Positions 10,154 to 19,882 of a stretch of DNA of 64,000 nt are shown here, piece by piece. Each line of letters begins with the position of its first letter. The first letter of the stretch is position 1. Under the pieces are notes generated by a model. That model had not been told where the DNA came from, did no database searches, and was given only the letters and a program-made list of their open reading frames with translations. The stretch spans positions 677,101 to 741,100 of the forward strand of contig JBDRZU010000001.1 of assembly GCA_039804105.1 (NCBI GenBank), given 5' to 3'. Made by a program: the position numbers and the translations under genes. The DNA is from a candidate division WOR-3 bacterium (GTDB taxonomy: Bacteria; Hydrothermota; 32-111).

Positions 10154-11215
10154 CTATTCATCAAGTGGTTTCAAAACGTATCCAAATTCAGTTTTCATAT
10201 AAAAAAATCTATCTACTATTTCTTCATCAATCCATTTAAGATCAACGAGTTCTCTTAAATTTTCAGGGTATTTTCGATACTGTAAAAAGAAAACAGTCAA
10301 AACGTTATCAATATTTTCCATCATATACCTATCTGTTGCTCTATACTTAACTACACGATAAGAAAAAACTTTTTTATAAAATCTTTTAGCAATAAAACCT
10401 GTTGATGTTAGAACCAAAATGAGAATCACTAGAATGATCCAGTTTACAACAACTTTTATATCGAATAGGGCTTTTTCTTTAACTTCTTTTGTCTCCTCTT
10501 CAACTTCTCTTTTTTTCGTCTTTTCTATAAGATTCATTTTTAAAAGGTTATAAACTGATTGGTATGTTAAAAATTTACCAAGCCCACTTATTTTTATTAG
10601 ATCACCAAGCGATTTTTCGGGTGAGATTAAATCAAGGACACTCTTTTCTTCTAAACCAATATTTTCAGGGATTTGAACATTATCAATTTTTTTAAAGTAA
10701 AGATCAGTTGTAGGCAAAACCGATTGAATATTTGGCCACTCATCCATTCTTCTCATACCTTCCATCATCAACGCTTGGGTATTGATACTGACTTTTACTA
10801 TCGAGTTTGGATACATTATCAAATCTTCAATAAATTCGTAAGTACCAGTATCCCAGGTAAAAAGTTCATCAAAAATTTCCTGGATTTTAAAATTTATTAT
10901 CTCCTTCAACTGCTCCTGATCTACATATTTTTCATCTATTAAAATCTTTTCGAGTGGAATCTTTGTTTCTCTATGCATTTCCAGAATTTTTTTATAATTT
11001 TCTAACGTTATCTTCCCGCTGTTCACAAGATATTCTTTTATCAATTCCTGAATCCCACCCCTCGTATAAACAGCACCATTAACATTCCCCTTGATAAAAC
11101 CTATTTCGATCTTGTCATTCTTTTTATTTAAAACCAAAACACCAGTTTTTTCAGTTTGAGCTATGAAACCTATAATATTAGGTAGATCATCTTTTGATCT
11201 TAATTCACCTTTCAT
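10154..11215 (-). CDS. DUF4388/PATAN-like domain protein with C-terminal TM anchor
   Basis: The N-terminus LPNIIGFIAQTEKTGVLVLNKKNDKIEIGFIKGNVNGAVY matches the DUF4388 pattern. TM helix VVVNWIILVILILVLT lies near residue 265. Confidence 0.55.
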   Translation of the reverse strand: MKGELRSKDDLPNIIGFIAQTEKTGVLVLNKKNDKIEIGFIKGNVNGAVYTRGGIQELIKEYLVNSGKITLENYKKILEMHRETKIPLEKILIDEKYVDQEQLKEIINFKIQEIFDELFTWDTGTYEFIEDLIMYPNSIVKVSINTQALMMEGMRRMDEWPNIQSVLPTTDLYFKKIDNVQIPENIGLEEKSVLDLISPEKSLGDLIKISGLGKFLTYQSVYNLLKMNLIEKTKKREVEEETKEVKEKALFDIKVVVNWIILVILILVLTSTGFIAKRFYKKVFSYRVVKYRATDRYMMENIDNVLTVFFLQYRKYPENLRELVDLKWIDEEIVDRFFYMKTEFGYVLKPLDE

Positions 11216-13278
11216 TTTTCTTCCTTTATCGTTAAAAAGCTTATCAGATAAAATATTATGATCAAAAATACAAACAAAAATCTTATATCAAAAAATTTCA
11301 ATTCAAGAATTAAATCAGTATTTTTTCTTAGAAAAATATTTTGAGAAAATATAAAAATCAAAGAGATCAGGGAGAAAACCATTAAGATTCCACCTTTGAA
11401 ATAACGACCCTCATAAATCTTTCCAAACCCAGGGAATATTAAAGATAATATCTTTCTAACAAAATAATTCTTTTTCTTTTTTAATCTGACAAAAGATTCG
11501 AATTTTCTAATTTTCATTATATCAGATATTGTATCACTTATCGTTTTATAATCATCCAAACAAATATCTTTGTCATTATACTTTATTTTATCACCATTCG
11601 ATATAGGTGTATTACAAGTATAACATCTAAATATTCTAACCTTTTGGCTTGTTAAAAGGTTTAAAATTAAAGAAAGAACCAATGTAAAAAATGGGATTAT
11701 ATTAAAAAGATCGATCCTTAAACCCATCATAACCGGTGTATCCATAACATTTTTCTTTTTCAAAAATTCTTCATAGATAAATCTTTCAGGTATTTTGCAA
11801 TCTATTACAACCGTGTTGTAGAAATTTTCATCAGTATTCTCAAGAAATGTACTTATCAATTCATAGTTGAGTCTATTTGCCTTTTCAATATACTGGTTTG
11901 ATTCTTCAAGTCTTAAAAGTTTCAGATAAACCTGGCCAAGATTGAAATATGACTCTGCTATATCAGAATAAATTTGAATAGCTTTATTGTAATACTCGAT
12001 CGCTTTATTATAATAACCTTTTAAAAACATTATGTTTCCAAGGTTGTTATAGAGTTCAGGAAAACTCTCACCCTTTAAAAGTATTTTTGAATATTCACTT
12101 TCTGCTTCATCAAAAAAACCACCTTTTTTATAAAGTTTTCCCTTTGAGAACAGAAGAGCAGTATTATATGGTTGCTCTTCAAGTAATGAATTCAATTTGT
12201 TCAAAAGTTTGGTATTCCAATAAGAATTTTCAACTTTAAGAATTACACTTATGTTATCGTTAGGATTCAGGTGGCCAATTATATGTGATTCAATTCTGTA
12301 AATCAACGGTATAAAGAAAATCAAAAGTATAAGCACTGAAATGATGATCTTTTCTTTTTTCTCATAGAAAATAAAAACAAGGAATACAACATAGAAAAAC
12401 CATATAATTACATTTATCTGTAGTATTAAAGGTATCAAAAGTACAATCAAAGCAAGAAAAATTCTCTGTTTTGGCAACAATTTCCATTTAACATACCTCT
12501 TGTAAAAATAAAAGTATTTATCAAGATTTTTTATAGTAAAAATCAAAGTATAAAAAATAAAGATTAAAAGAATAAAATATCTTAAAAATTTCAAAATGTT
12601 AAAAAGAAAAACAAATTTTATAACATCATCCCTAAAATAATTCTTATATCTACTTAAAGCAAAACCAGTATACTCAAACCTTTTTTCTTTTAAACTCAAA
12701 TTCAAAATGTTATTAACTATCTGAAAATTGAATGGATCAAGTTTATTGGCGAGCAAAAGATTCGAAAACGCTTCATCAATATTTTTATTTCTATAATTTT
12801 CAATCGCCAAGATGTTCAAATACATTGAAATTTCTGGAAGTGAAGTAGCTCCCACCATATACTTGAGTTTTTCAAGTTGATCTAACTCATACTTTACATA
12901 GTTCTTCACAACATTCACCGAAAAAATTTGATACAATCTTAAATGTAGAAGATAATCAAGACCAGATTTTTCAGATGCTTTTTGAAAATAGAATGAAGCG
13001 GAGTCAATCTCTTTTTTATAATGGAATGTAAATCCATAAGCAAGGTATATGAAAGGATTTCTATCCCCATCCTGAAGGATTTCTCTATATTTCTCCCTCA
13101 TAAGATCAAAATCAATATCCGAAACAAGACCTTCTCCCCTTAACACTTTACCATAAGCGGGGAAAATATCAAAAGCTTCATTCTCAAGAATTATAACCTG
13201 TTTGAAAATATCATTAACTTCTTGAGAAAAGATTAAAATAGAAACCGATAGGAGAAAAATAAAAACTAACTTCTTCAT
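11212..13278 (-). CDS. TPR-repeat polytopic membrane protein with internal zinc-ribbon-like CxxC motif
   Basis: Signal peptide, TPR-like repeats flanking a block of hydrophobic helices, RCYTCNTPISNG...DICLDDY, and C-terminal TM helices. Confidence 0.5.
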   Translation of the reverse strand: MKKLVFIFLLSVSILIFSQEVNDIFKQVIILENEAFDIFPAYGKVLRGEGLVSDIDFDLMREKYREILQDGDRNPFIYLAYGFTFHYKKEIDSASFYFQKASEKSGLDYLLHLRLYQIFSVNVVKNYVKYELDQLEKLKYMVGATSLPEISMYLNILAIENYRNKNIDEAFSNLLLANKLDPFNFQIVNNILNLSLKEKRFEYTGFALSRYKNYFRDDVIKFVFLFNILKFLRYFILLIFIFYTLIFTIKNLDKYFYFYKRYVKWKLLPKQRIFLALIVLLIPLILQINVIIWFFYVVFLVFIFYEKKEKIIISVLILLIFFIPLIYRIESHIIGHLNPNDNISVILKVENSYWNTKLLNKLNSLLEEQPYNTALLFSKGKLYKKGGFFDEAESEYSKILLKGESFPELYNNLGNIMFLKGYYNKAIEYYNKAIQIYSDIAESYFNLGQVYLKLLRLEESNQYIEKANRLNYELISTFLENTDENFYNTVVIDCKIPERFIYEEFLKKKNVMDTPVMMGLRIDLFNIIPFFTLVLSLILNLLTSQKVRIFRCYTCNTPISNGDKIKYNDKDICLDDYKTISDTISDIMKIRKFESFVRLKKKKNYFVRKILSLIFPGFGKIYEGRYFKGGILMVFSLISLIFIFSQNIFLRKNTDLILELKFFDIRFLFVFLIIIFYLISFLTIKEEK

Positions 13279-13478
13279 TTTTTAAAAATTGCAAGAGGTA
13301 TTAAAATTATATATCCTATTGTTAAAAGAACTGGTGCAAACTTTAAATCACCTTTTGATAGAAGAAAATATCCTAAAAACATGGATATCAAAGATAAAAT
13401 GAAGATCAAGATACTCAGTTTTGAAAATTTAATTCCCTCGGTATCTTTTTTTACTACATCATTCTTCTCTTTCATCAA
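13275..13478 (-). CDS. small two-TM membrane protein
   Basis: 67 aa with two hydrophobic helices. Both ends overlap the neighbours by 4 nt (translational coupling). Confidence 0.45.
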   Translation of the reverse strand: MMKEKNDVVKKDTEGIKFSKLSILIFILSLISMFLGYFLLSKGDLKFAPVLLTIGYIILIPLAIFKK

Positions 13479-15127
13479 AACTCCTTTTTTACAAAATTTG
13501 AATTTTTTATATAGTACACATCAAAATTCAATCTATTCTTTTTGAAAGAAATTTTTCCAGAAACACCCTTATAATCTTGAACATTCTTCACATAATCGTT
13601 TATACCTTTTCGGTCCTTAACTCCACTTTTGAGTAAACCAGATAGAAACTTAAACAGATCATAAGAAAGTATAGCAAATCTATCTGGTTCTTCGTTGTAT
13701 TTATTGTAGTAATTAAGTTTGAAATTTTGAAGACCGGAGGAGAAATCATCAGCAACTCTTGGATAAATTATATAAGTTTTTTTTAAGTAATCTTTTGCAA
13801 GCCTTATAAGGTTATCATTGTACCATAGAGATGAACCATACAAATAACAGTTAATATCTTTAAAAGCTAACTGTGTGGTTAAAAGTATAGCATCCTCATA
13901 ATTCGTTGGAAGATATATAGCATCAAAATTCATTTTTTTTATCAAATCGATCTTTTCAATAAAGTCCTGTGTTCCAGGGCTATAAACTATATCAAAAACT
14001 ATATTGATTCCCAACTTTTTAGATTCTCTTTTAAAAGCACTACTCATACTTTTTCCAAAAGAATCATCAGGGTATATGATACCTACATTTTTAAGGGTTG
14101 AATCCTTTTTTATAATTTGAGCAGTAAAAATAGCTTCTTCAATGAGGGTTCTGTTTAAAAGGAATATATTATCTTCAAAATTCAGCAAATCTCCATCAGT
14201 TGCTGTTGGTGTAAAAACTGGCAGAATTTTTCCGTTGAAAAGATACGATCCCACAATAGCTGTTTCTTGACTCGTAAGCGGCCCTATCACGGCAACATAA
14301 CTCTTATCTTTGAATATTGAGTCAATCAAAAGAACAGTTTTAAAATTACTTCCCTCAGTATCGAAAACATTAATAACAATATTTTCATCTTCATTTGCTA
14401 TTGCACACCCTCTCAGTATCTGTTCTCCAAATCTTGCCATATCACCTGTTAACTGTAAAAGTAAGGCTATCTTTATTTTTGATTGTTTCGTTTCCTTTAT
14501 TCCGAACAACTCTTTTTTTGTTTCCTCAGATTCTGGATATTCCTTTATTAATTTTTGTTTGTAAACTTCAGATTTGTCAAGATCACCTTTTTCTTTATAG
14601 ATCTTATACAATGTTAACAGTACCAAAGGATTTATATAATCATCACTAAAATTATAGTAGATATATTCAAGTTCTGATTCATTTAAATAACTCTTTATAA
14701 GATTCTGTAGATTTTTCAAAGCATTATTTTTATTGGGAGAATTTTCGTTTGTGAATTTAAAAACTTCATAAATCCATTTGAAAGATTCAAAATAAAGTTT
14801 TTTGTTTATATAAGTGTTCGCCATCTCTACTCTGATATTGTTTGTTACAGAATCAAAAGGGAATCTTTCAGAAAGAAACTCAGCATAGGTTACTTTATTT
14901 GTAAAATATTGTGAATGGCTTTTTCTTATAAAACTAACCACTAAATCTTTCGTTCTTATATTTTCAGGATAGTTGGTTATAAAAAGATCGATTATCTTTA
15001 CACTATTTTCAAAATCATTGTTTTCAAGAAATTTTTTCCCATCAAGATAAAGTTTATCAATATCCTGTGAAAAGAGCATGAAAAAAAATAAAAAGAAAAA
15101 TAAAAGATTAACTATTTTTAATCTCAT
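13475..15127 (-). CDS. TPR plus type-1 periplasmic-binding-fold protein (LpoA / Leu-Ile-Val-binding-like)
   Basis: Signal peptide, N-terminal TPR-like helices, and a C-terminal region resembling the Peripla_BP_6 fold (IKIALLLQLTGDMARFGEQILRGCAIA..., VIGPLTSQE). Confidence 0.5.
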   Translation of the reverse strand: MRLKIVNLLFFFLFFFMLFSQDIDKLYLDGKKFLENNDFENSVKIIDLFITNYPENIRTKDLVVSFIRKSHSQYFTNKVTYAEFLSERFPFDSVTNNIRVEMANTYINKKLYFESFKWIYEVFKFTNENSPNKNNALKNLQNLIKSYLNESELEYIYYNFSDDYINPLVLLTLYKIYKEKGDLDKSEVYKQKLIKEYPESEETKKELFGIKETKQSKIKIALLLQLTGDMARFGEQILRGCAIANEDENIVINVFDTEGSNFKTVLLIDSIFKDKSYVAVIGPLTSQETAIVGSYLFNGKILPVFTPTATDGDLLNFEDNIFLLNRTLIEEAIFTAQIIKKDSTLKNVGIIYPDDSFGKSMSSAFKRESKKLGINIVFDIVYSPGTQDFIEKIDLIKKMNFDAIYLPTNYEDAILLTTQLAFKDINCYLYGSSLWYNDNLIRLAKDYLKKTYIIYPRVADDFSSGLQNFKLNYYNKYNEEPDRFAILSYDLFKFLSGLLKSGVKDRKGINDYVKNVQDYKGVSGKISFKKNRLNFDVYYIKNSNFVKKEF

Positions 15128-15527
15128 AGGTATAACTCACATCACAACTTTTTTTTAACATTGCAGAAACAGAACAGTACTTGTTAAAAGACAGTTCAAT
15201 AGCTCTCTCTACTTTGTCCTTTTCAAGATTCTCACCCTCAAAAAAATATTGTATATTGATTTTTGTGTAAACTTTTGGATGTTCGTCTGCTCTTTCCCCG
15301 GACACGGTTAATTTAAAATTTTTAACATTTTGTCTCATCTTTTTTAATATGGATATAACATCCATTCCCGTACATCCTGCAAGTGATACCAACACAAGTT
15401 CCATAGGAGAAAAAAAATTTTTCATCACCTCTTCATCTTCTGATGAATTCATTATTATCTCGCTGGTTCCTTTTTTCGATACAAATTTTAAATCCTCTTT
15501 CCATTCTATATTAACAGTTTTTTTCAT
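15108..15527 (-). CDS. OsmC family peroxiredoxin-like protein
   Basis: 139 aa, with SPMELVLVSLAGCTGMDVISIL and NKYCSVSAML (the two conserved Cys contexts). Confidence 0.8.
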   Translation of the reverse strand: MKKTVNIEWKEDLKFVSKKGTSEIIMNSSEDEEVMKNFFSPMELVLVSLAGCTGMDVISILKKMRQNVKNFKLTVSGERADEHPKVYTKINIQYFFEGENLEKDKVERAIELSFNKYCSVSAMLKKSCDVSYTYEIKNS

Positions 15528-16012
15528 TTTTTCTCCTTATTTTCAATTATTTTTATATTATAGTTAAATTTTTCTTCAGGTTCAAGATAATCTACTATTA
15601 AAATTCCATTGATATGGTCAACCTCATGCTGGATAGCTCTTGCATATATACCATCAAAAGTGTTTTCTTTTGGATTACCATTCTCATCAAAGTATTTAAC
15701 CTTTACAGATTTACTCCTTGAGATGTTTACATTTAGGTCAATAAAAGATAAACAACCTTCCATCATCTTTTCCTTTTCTTCTGAAAACCATGTTATTACA
15801 GGGTTAACCATTACATAAATTTCTTTTTCATCTCCAATGAGTATGATCCTTTTGGTTATACCTATCTGGTTTGCAGCAAGACCAATGCCTTCCTCCAAAA
15901 GCATTCCTTCCTTCATCGCATTGATTATATTTTTCAATGTCTTATCAAAAGTTTTTATCTCTTCAGATTTTATCCTCAATACAGGGTCAGGATATTTCCT
16001 TATTTTTTTCAT
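15524..16012 (-). CDS. def: peptide deformylase
   Basis: GIGLAANQIG, EGCLS and QHEVDHINGIL motifs. Confidence 0.95.
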   Translation of the reverse strand: MKKIRKYPDPVLRIKSEEIKTFDKTLKNIINAMKEGMLLEEGIGLAANQIGITKRIILIGDEKEIYVMVNPVITWFSEEKEKMMEGCLSFIDLNVNISRSKSVKVKYFDENGNPKENTFDGIYARAIQHEVDHINGILIVDYLEPEEKFNYNIKIIENKEKK

Positions 16013-17729
16013 CGTATACCACCTTTATTCCAACTTCTTTTAACTGTTTCTCAGAAACATAATCTGGAGTATTTTCCATCAATCCAATCCCATTCAATGT
16101 TTTAGGAAAAGCGATAACATCTCTTATATTTTCCTTTTTCAACAGAAGAGAAACTAACCTATCAATACCTGGTGCTATTCCTCCATGTGGAGGGGCTCCA
16201 TATTTAAACGCTTCAAGTAAAAATCCAAATTTTGATTCAAGTTCTTCCTCACTCATTCCGATTATTTTCATAATCTCTTTTTGAATGTTTCTATCATGAA
16301 TCCTGATACTCCCGGAAGCAAGTTCAACACCGTTACATACAAGGTCATAAGTATCAGCTCTCACTCTCAATGGATCTTTTGATAATAACTCAAGATGTTC
16401 CTTTTTGGGCATAGTGAACATATGATGACATGCGATATATCTTTTTTCTTCTTCATCATATTCAAAGAGAGGAAAATCAACAACCCACAAAAAGTTAAAC
16501 TCTTTCTCATCGAAGAGATTTTTTAAAGAAGCCAATTTTTTCCTTAACATTCCAAGATACTCAAGTGTTCTTTTCTTTTTTCCACTTATAAAGAGTATAG
16601 TCCCCTTTTGAATTCCAAAAAGATTCTGATTAAAATATTTTGATACGGACCCAGACATCGTCGAACCATCAATTTTTAAATATGCAATTCCATTTCCACC
16701 AGTCGATTTTATAAAATCGTTCAAAATGTCTATCTCTTTCCTTGTGATCTCATTTTCAAAAACTATTCCTCCAGTAAATTCGGAATCGGTGAAGACCTTA
16801 AAATCTGTTTTTTTAACTATGTCAGTATAATCTTTTATGGAAAGATCGAATCTCAGATCAGGTTTATCTGTTCCATATTTTTCAAAAACTTCATCATAGG
16901 TCAACCTTTTAAAAGGTATTGTAACCTCCATGTTGAAAATCTCTTTAAATATTTTATGTATCAATCTTTCTATCAATGAAAGTATATCATCCCTTTCGAT
17001 AAAAGACATTTCGATATCAAGTTGCGTAAATTCTGGCTGTCTATCTGCTCTTTGATCCTCATCTCTAAAACATCTTGCAATCTGAAAATATCTATCAAAT
17101 CCAGCAACCATTAAGAGTTGTTTATATATTTGAGGTGATTGAACGAGAGCATAAAATTTCCCCTTATGGATCCTCGATGGAACGAGAAAATCCCTTGCAC
17201 CTTCAGGTGTAGATTTTGACATTATAGGTGTTTCGATCTCCACAAAACCTTCCTCAAACAAAAAGTTTCTGATCGTTTTTATAATTTCAGATCGTTTTAT
17301 GATCGTTTCTTTCATGCAATTTCTTCTCAGATCAAGGTATCTATATTTCAACCTGAGTTCTTCTCCCGCTTTGACATCATCTTCTAAAACGAAAGGTAAA
17401 ACCTCAGATTTGTTGATCAATTTTAAATCCTTCAAATCAACCTCTATCTCTCCAGTTTTCATTTCTTTGTTTATCATATTATCAGGTCTTTTCTTTACAA
17501 CACCTGTTATCTGTATCACATCTTCGCTTCTCAACTCTTTCACTTTTAATATTAGATCCTTTTTATCCGTGAAGATTTGAACAACTCCACTTCTATCCCT
17601 GAGATCTATAAAAACTATGTTACCATGATCCCTTACTCTGTTGACCCAACCGATCAGTTTAATCTCTTTTTCTAAAAATTCTGAATTTACAAATCCACAC
17701 ATCGAGGTTCTTAATGAAGTATTAAACAT
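15987..17729 (-). CDS. aspS: aspartate--tRNA ligase
   Basis: 580 aa with class IIb motifs (FIDLRDRSG OB fold, QLDIEMSF, GGIAPGIDRL). Confidence 0.95.
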   Translation of the reverse strand: MFNTSLRTSMCGFVNSEFLEKEIKLIGWVNRVRDHGNIVFIDLRDRSGVVQIFTDKKDLILKVKELRSEDVIQITGVVKKRPDNMINKEMKTGEIEVDLKDLKLINKSEVLPFVLEDDVKAGEELRLKYRYLDLRRNCMKETIIKRSEIIKTIRNFLFEEGFVEIETPIMSKSTPEGARDFLVPSRIHKGKFYALVQSPQIYKQLLMVAGFDRYFQIARCFRDEDQRADRQPEFTQLDIEMSFIERDDILSLIERLIHKIFKEIFNMEVTIPFKRLTYDEVFEKYGTDKPDLRFDLSIKDYTDIVKKTDFKVFTDSEFTGGIVFENEITRKEIDILNDFIKSTGGNGIAYLKIDGSTMSGSVSKYFNQNLFGIQKGTILFISGKKKRTLEYLGMLRKKLASLKNLFDEKEFNFLWVVDFPLFEYDEEEKRYIACHHMFTMPKKEHLELLSKDPLRVRADTYDLVCNGVELASGSIRIHDRNIQKEIMKIIGMSEEELESKFGFLLEAFKYGAPPHGGIAPGIDRLVSLLLKKENIRDVIAFPKTLNGIGLMENTPDYVSEKQLKEVGIKVVYDEKNKEIS

Positions 17730-18998
17730 TTATTCTCCATTTTTAATCTCATTTAATAGATCTTCCAAATTTAATGGGATCTCTTTCTGAACACCATTTT
17801 TCATGTTTTTTAAAGATACCTTTCCCCTTGACATCTCTTCCTCTCCAAAAATCAAAACATATTTTGCTTTCTTTTTTGAAGCCAGACCTATCAGTTTGCT
17901 TATTCTTCCCTCATTAAAAGATATTTCTGATCTTATACCTTTTTCTCTCAAATCTTTTAAAACATTCAATCCTTTTTCATAAGTATCTTTTCCAAAATGA
18001 ATTATAAAAACTTCTATTGAATTTTCTTCAATTATTTTTTCTTTTATTTCCTCTGAAATTGAGAGTAATAACCTTTCAACTCCACCTGCAAAACCAACAC
18101 CAACAATTTCCTTTTTAAATATTTCATCTTTTTTATATCTGTATCTTCCACCACCTATCAAGGTTGACTGGGAGCCCAATTTCCCACCTGTCTCAACAAA
18201 CTCGAATACATTTTTTTCGTAATAGTCAAGCCCTCTGACAATATTTGAATCAACCACAAATTCAATTCCATTTTTCGTGAGATAATTTTTCAGTTCTTCA
18301 AAATCCTTTTTACAATCTTCACATAAATTATCTATAATCTTAGGACCTCTTGATGTTACATTTTTACACTTTTCATTTTTACAATCGAAAACTCTTAAAG
18401 GATTCGTTTCGACTCTTCTTTTGCAATCTTCACAGAGATTATCTTTCTCATTTCTTAAAAAATTTTTTAGAATTTCAAGATAAGGTTTTCTGCATATTTC
18501 ACACCCAATGTTGTTCAGATGAAGAGAATATTCCACTTTAAAACTCATTAAAATATTTTTAGCTATTGTAATAACTTCTCCATCCATCTCACTTTTAAAA
18601 TCACCGATAGATTCACATCCATATTGATAAAATTCCCTTAACCTTCCCTTTTGAGGTCTTTCATGTCTGAAAATTTTTGTAAAATAGAAAAATTTTGTAA
18701 AAACCGATGAATCCAAAATGTTTTTTTCAGATAGCCCAGCGATAAGTGGTGCAGTTTCTTCAGCTTTCAAAACTATTTTCTGAGAAGTTGAAACAACTTC
18801 AAACATCTCTTTTTTGACTATATCACTTTCAACACCTATTGTTCTTTTAAATATCTCTTCAGGTTGAAGTATGGATGATTCAACGAATATATAACCAAAA
18901 GATTCAAATACTTTTTCAATGGTTTTTTTTAAACCATAGAAAAGTAAAGATTCTTCAGGTAGAACATCATAAGTTCCCTTAATCTTTTCAAATCCCAT
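17730..18998 (-). CDS. hisS: histidine--tRNA ligase
   Basis: GTYDVLPEE, FRHERPQKGRLREFYQ, GGGRY, and a C-terminal anticodon-binding domain. Cys-rich insertion present. Confidence 0.9.
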   Translation of the reverse strand: MGFEKIKGTYDVLPEESLLFYGLKKTIEKVFESFGYIFVESSILQPEEIFKRTIGVESDIVKKEMFEVVSTSQKIVLKAEETAPLIAGLSEKNILDSSVFTKFFYFTKIFRHERPQKGRLREFYQYGCESIGDFKSEMDGEVITIAKNILMSFKVEYSLHLNNIGCEICRKPYLEILKNFLRNEKDNLCEDCKRRVETNPLRVFDCKNEKCKNVTSRGPKIIDNLCEDCKKDFEELKNYLTKNGIEFVVDSNIVRGLDYYEKNVFEFVETGGKLGSQSTLIGGGRYRYKKDEIFKKEIVGVGFAGGVERLLLSISEEIKEKIIEENSIEVFIIHFGKDTYEKGLNVLKDLREKGIRSEISFNEGRISKLIGLASKKKAKYVLIFGEEEMSRGKVSLKNMKNGVQKEIPLNLEDLLNEIKNGE

Positions 18999-19440
18999 CT
19001 GTCCTCAACTTTTTATCTTTTAGTATTACATATATCAAAATAACTCCCGAGATATTTGCAAAGAGATCGAACAGAGAGCAACCTCTGTTTTTCAAAAATA
19101 TCTGATGCAGTTCATCAAACATCCCTATCAAAAATACTACTAAAAAAGTTAACCTTATGTTGAAGTTAAAACCTTTGTTCAAATCTTTTTTGGCAGCCAA
19201 AAAAACTAAAACTGCCAAAATAAAATATTGAAGAAAATGATATATTTTGTCAAGATTTAATGCAAGTATTTTGTAAAAAACTCCTTCTTTTGCAATAAAA
19301 AATTTTCTCAAATTAAAAAATATTCTCTTTAAAAAATTTCCTTTATCATACTCATCATTAAAATTCATAGATCCCACAATAAATATAAAGATTGTCCATA
19401 AGGATGGAGGTAACCAGTGCAGAATTCTTTTAAGTTTCAA
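18988..19440 (-). CDS. VanZ-like membrane protein
   Basis: 150 aa with four hydrophobic helices, DKIYHFLQYFIL and DELHQIF typical of the VanZ family. Confidence 0.55.
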   Translation of the reverse strand: MKLKRILHWLPPSLWTIFIFIVGSMNFNDEYDKGNFLKRIFFNLRKFFIAKEGVFYKILALNLDKIYHFLQYFILAVLVFLAAKKDLNKGFNFNIRLTFLVVFLIGMFDELHQIFLKNRGCSLFDLFANISGVILIYVILKDKKLRTDGI

Positions 19441-19882
19441 GATCGTTCAATTCCTTTTCAAAAATTTCTTTTATTTCAATTTCATCCTTTGCACCAAAAA
19501 TCTTTTGTTTAAAATTTTTTGATGATAACAATCTTTTTAAATATCCCAATAATTCAAGATATCTGGCTTTCAGATTCGAAGGGAATGAAATGATAAATAA
19601 AAACTTTACGTTATCATTTTCGTTTAAATTAATTCCTTTTTCAGAAAATCCTATAATAATTTTTATGTTCTCTATTTTTTCATCCTGATCTTTTAAAAAA
19701 AGTGTTTCATCGAACACAAAAGGGAATGAAAAAATCTGGTCATCAAAAATTTTTTTCTCTTTTTCATCTAAAATTTTATCATCAAAAAATTTCTTTAATA
19801 GAGTTTTCGGGAATTCTAATATATCTTCACTTTTAATTTTATTAACAACAATTTCAATCCAGTTGGTTCTATTTTCCATCAT
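19430..19882 (-). CDS. hypothetical protein (weak PTS EIIA type-2-like pattern, no phospho-His context)
   Basis: 150-aa ORF overlapping both neighbours. The similarity is only an impression. Confidence 0.3.
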   Translation of the reverse strand: MMENRTNWIEIVVNKIKSEDILEFPKTLLKKFFDDKILDEKEKKIFDDQIFSFPFVFDETLFLKDQDEKIENIKIIIGFSEKGINLNENDNVKFLFIISFPSNLKARYLELLGYLKRLLSSKNFKQKIFGAKDEIEIKEIFEKELNDLET

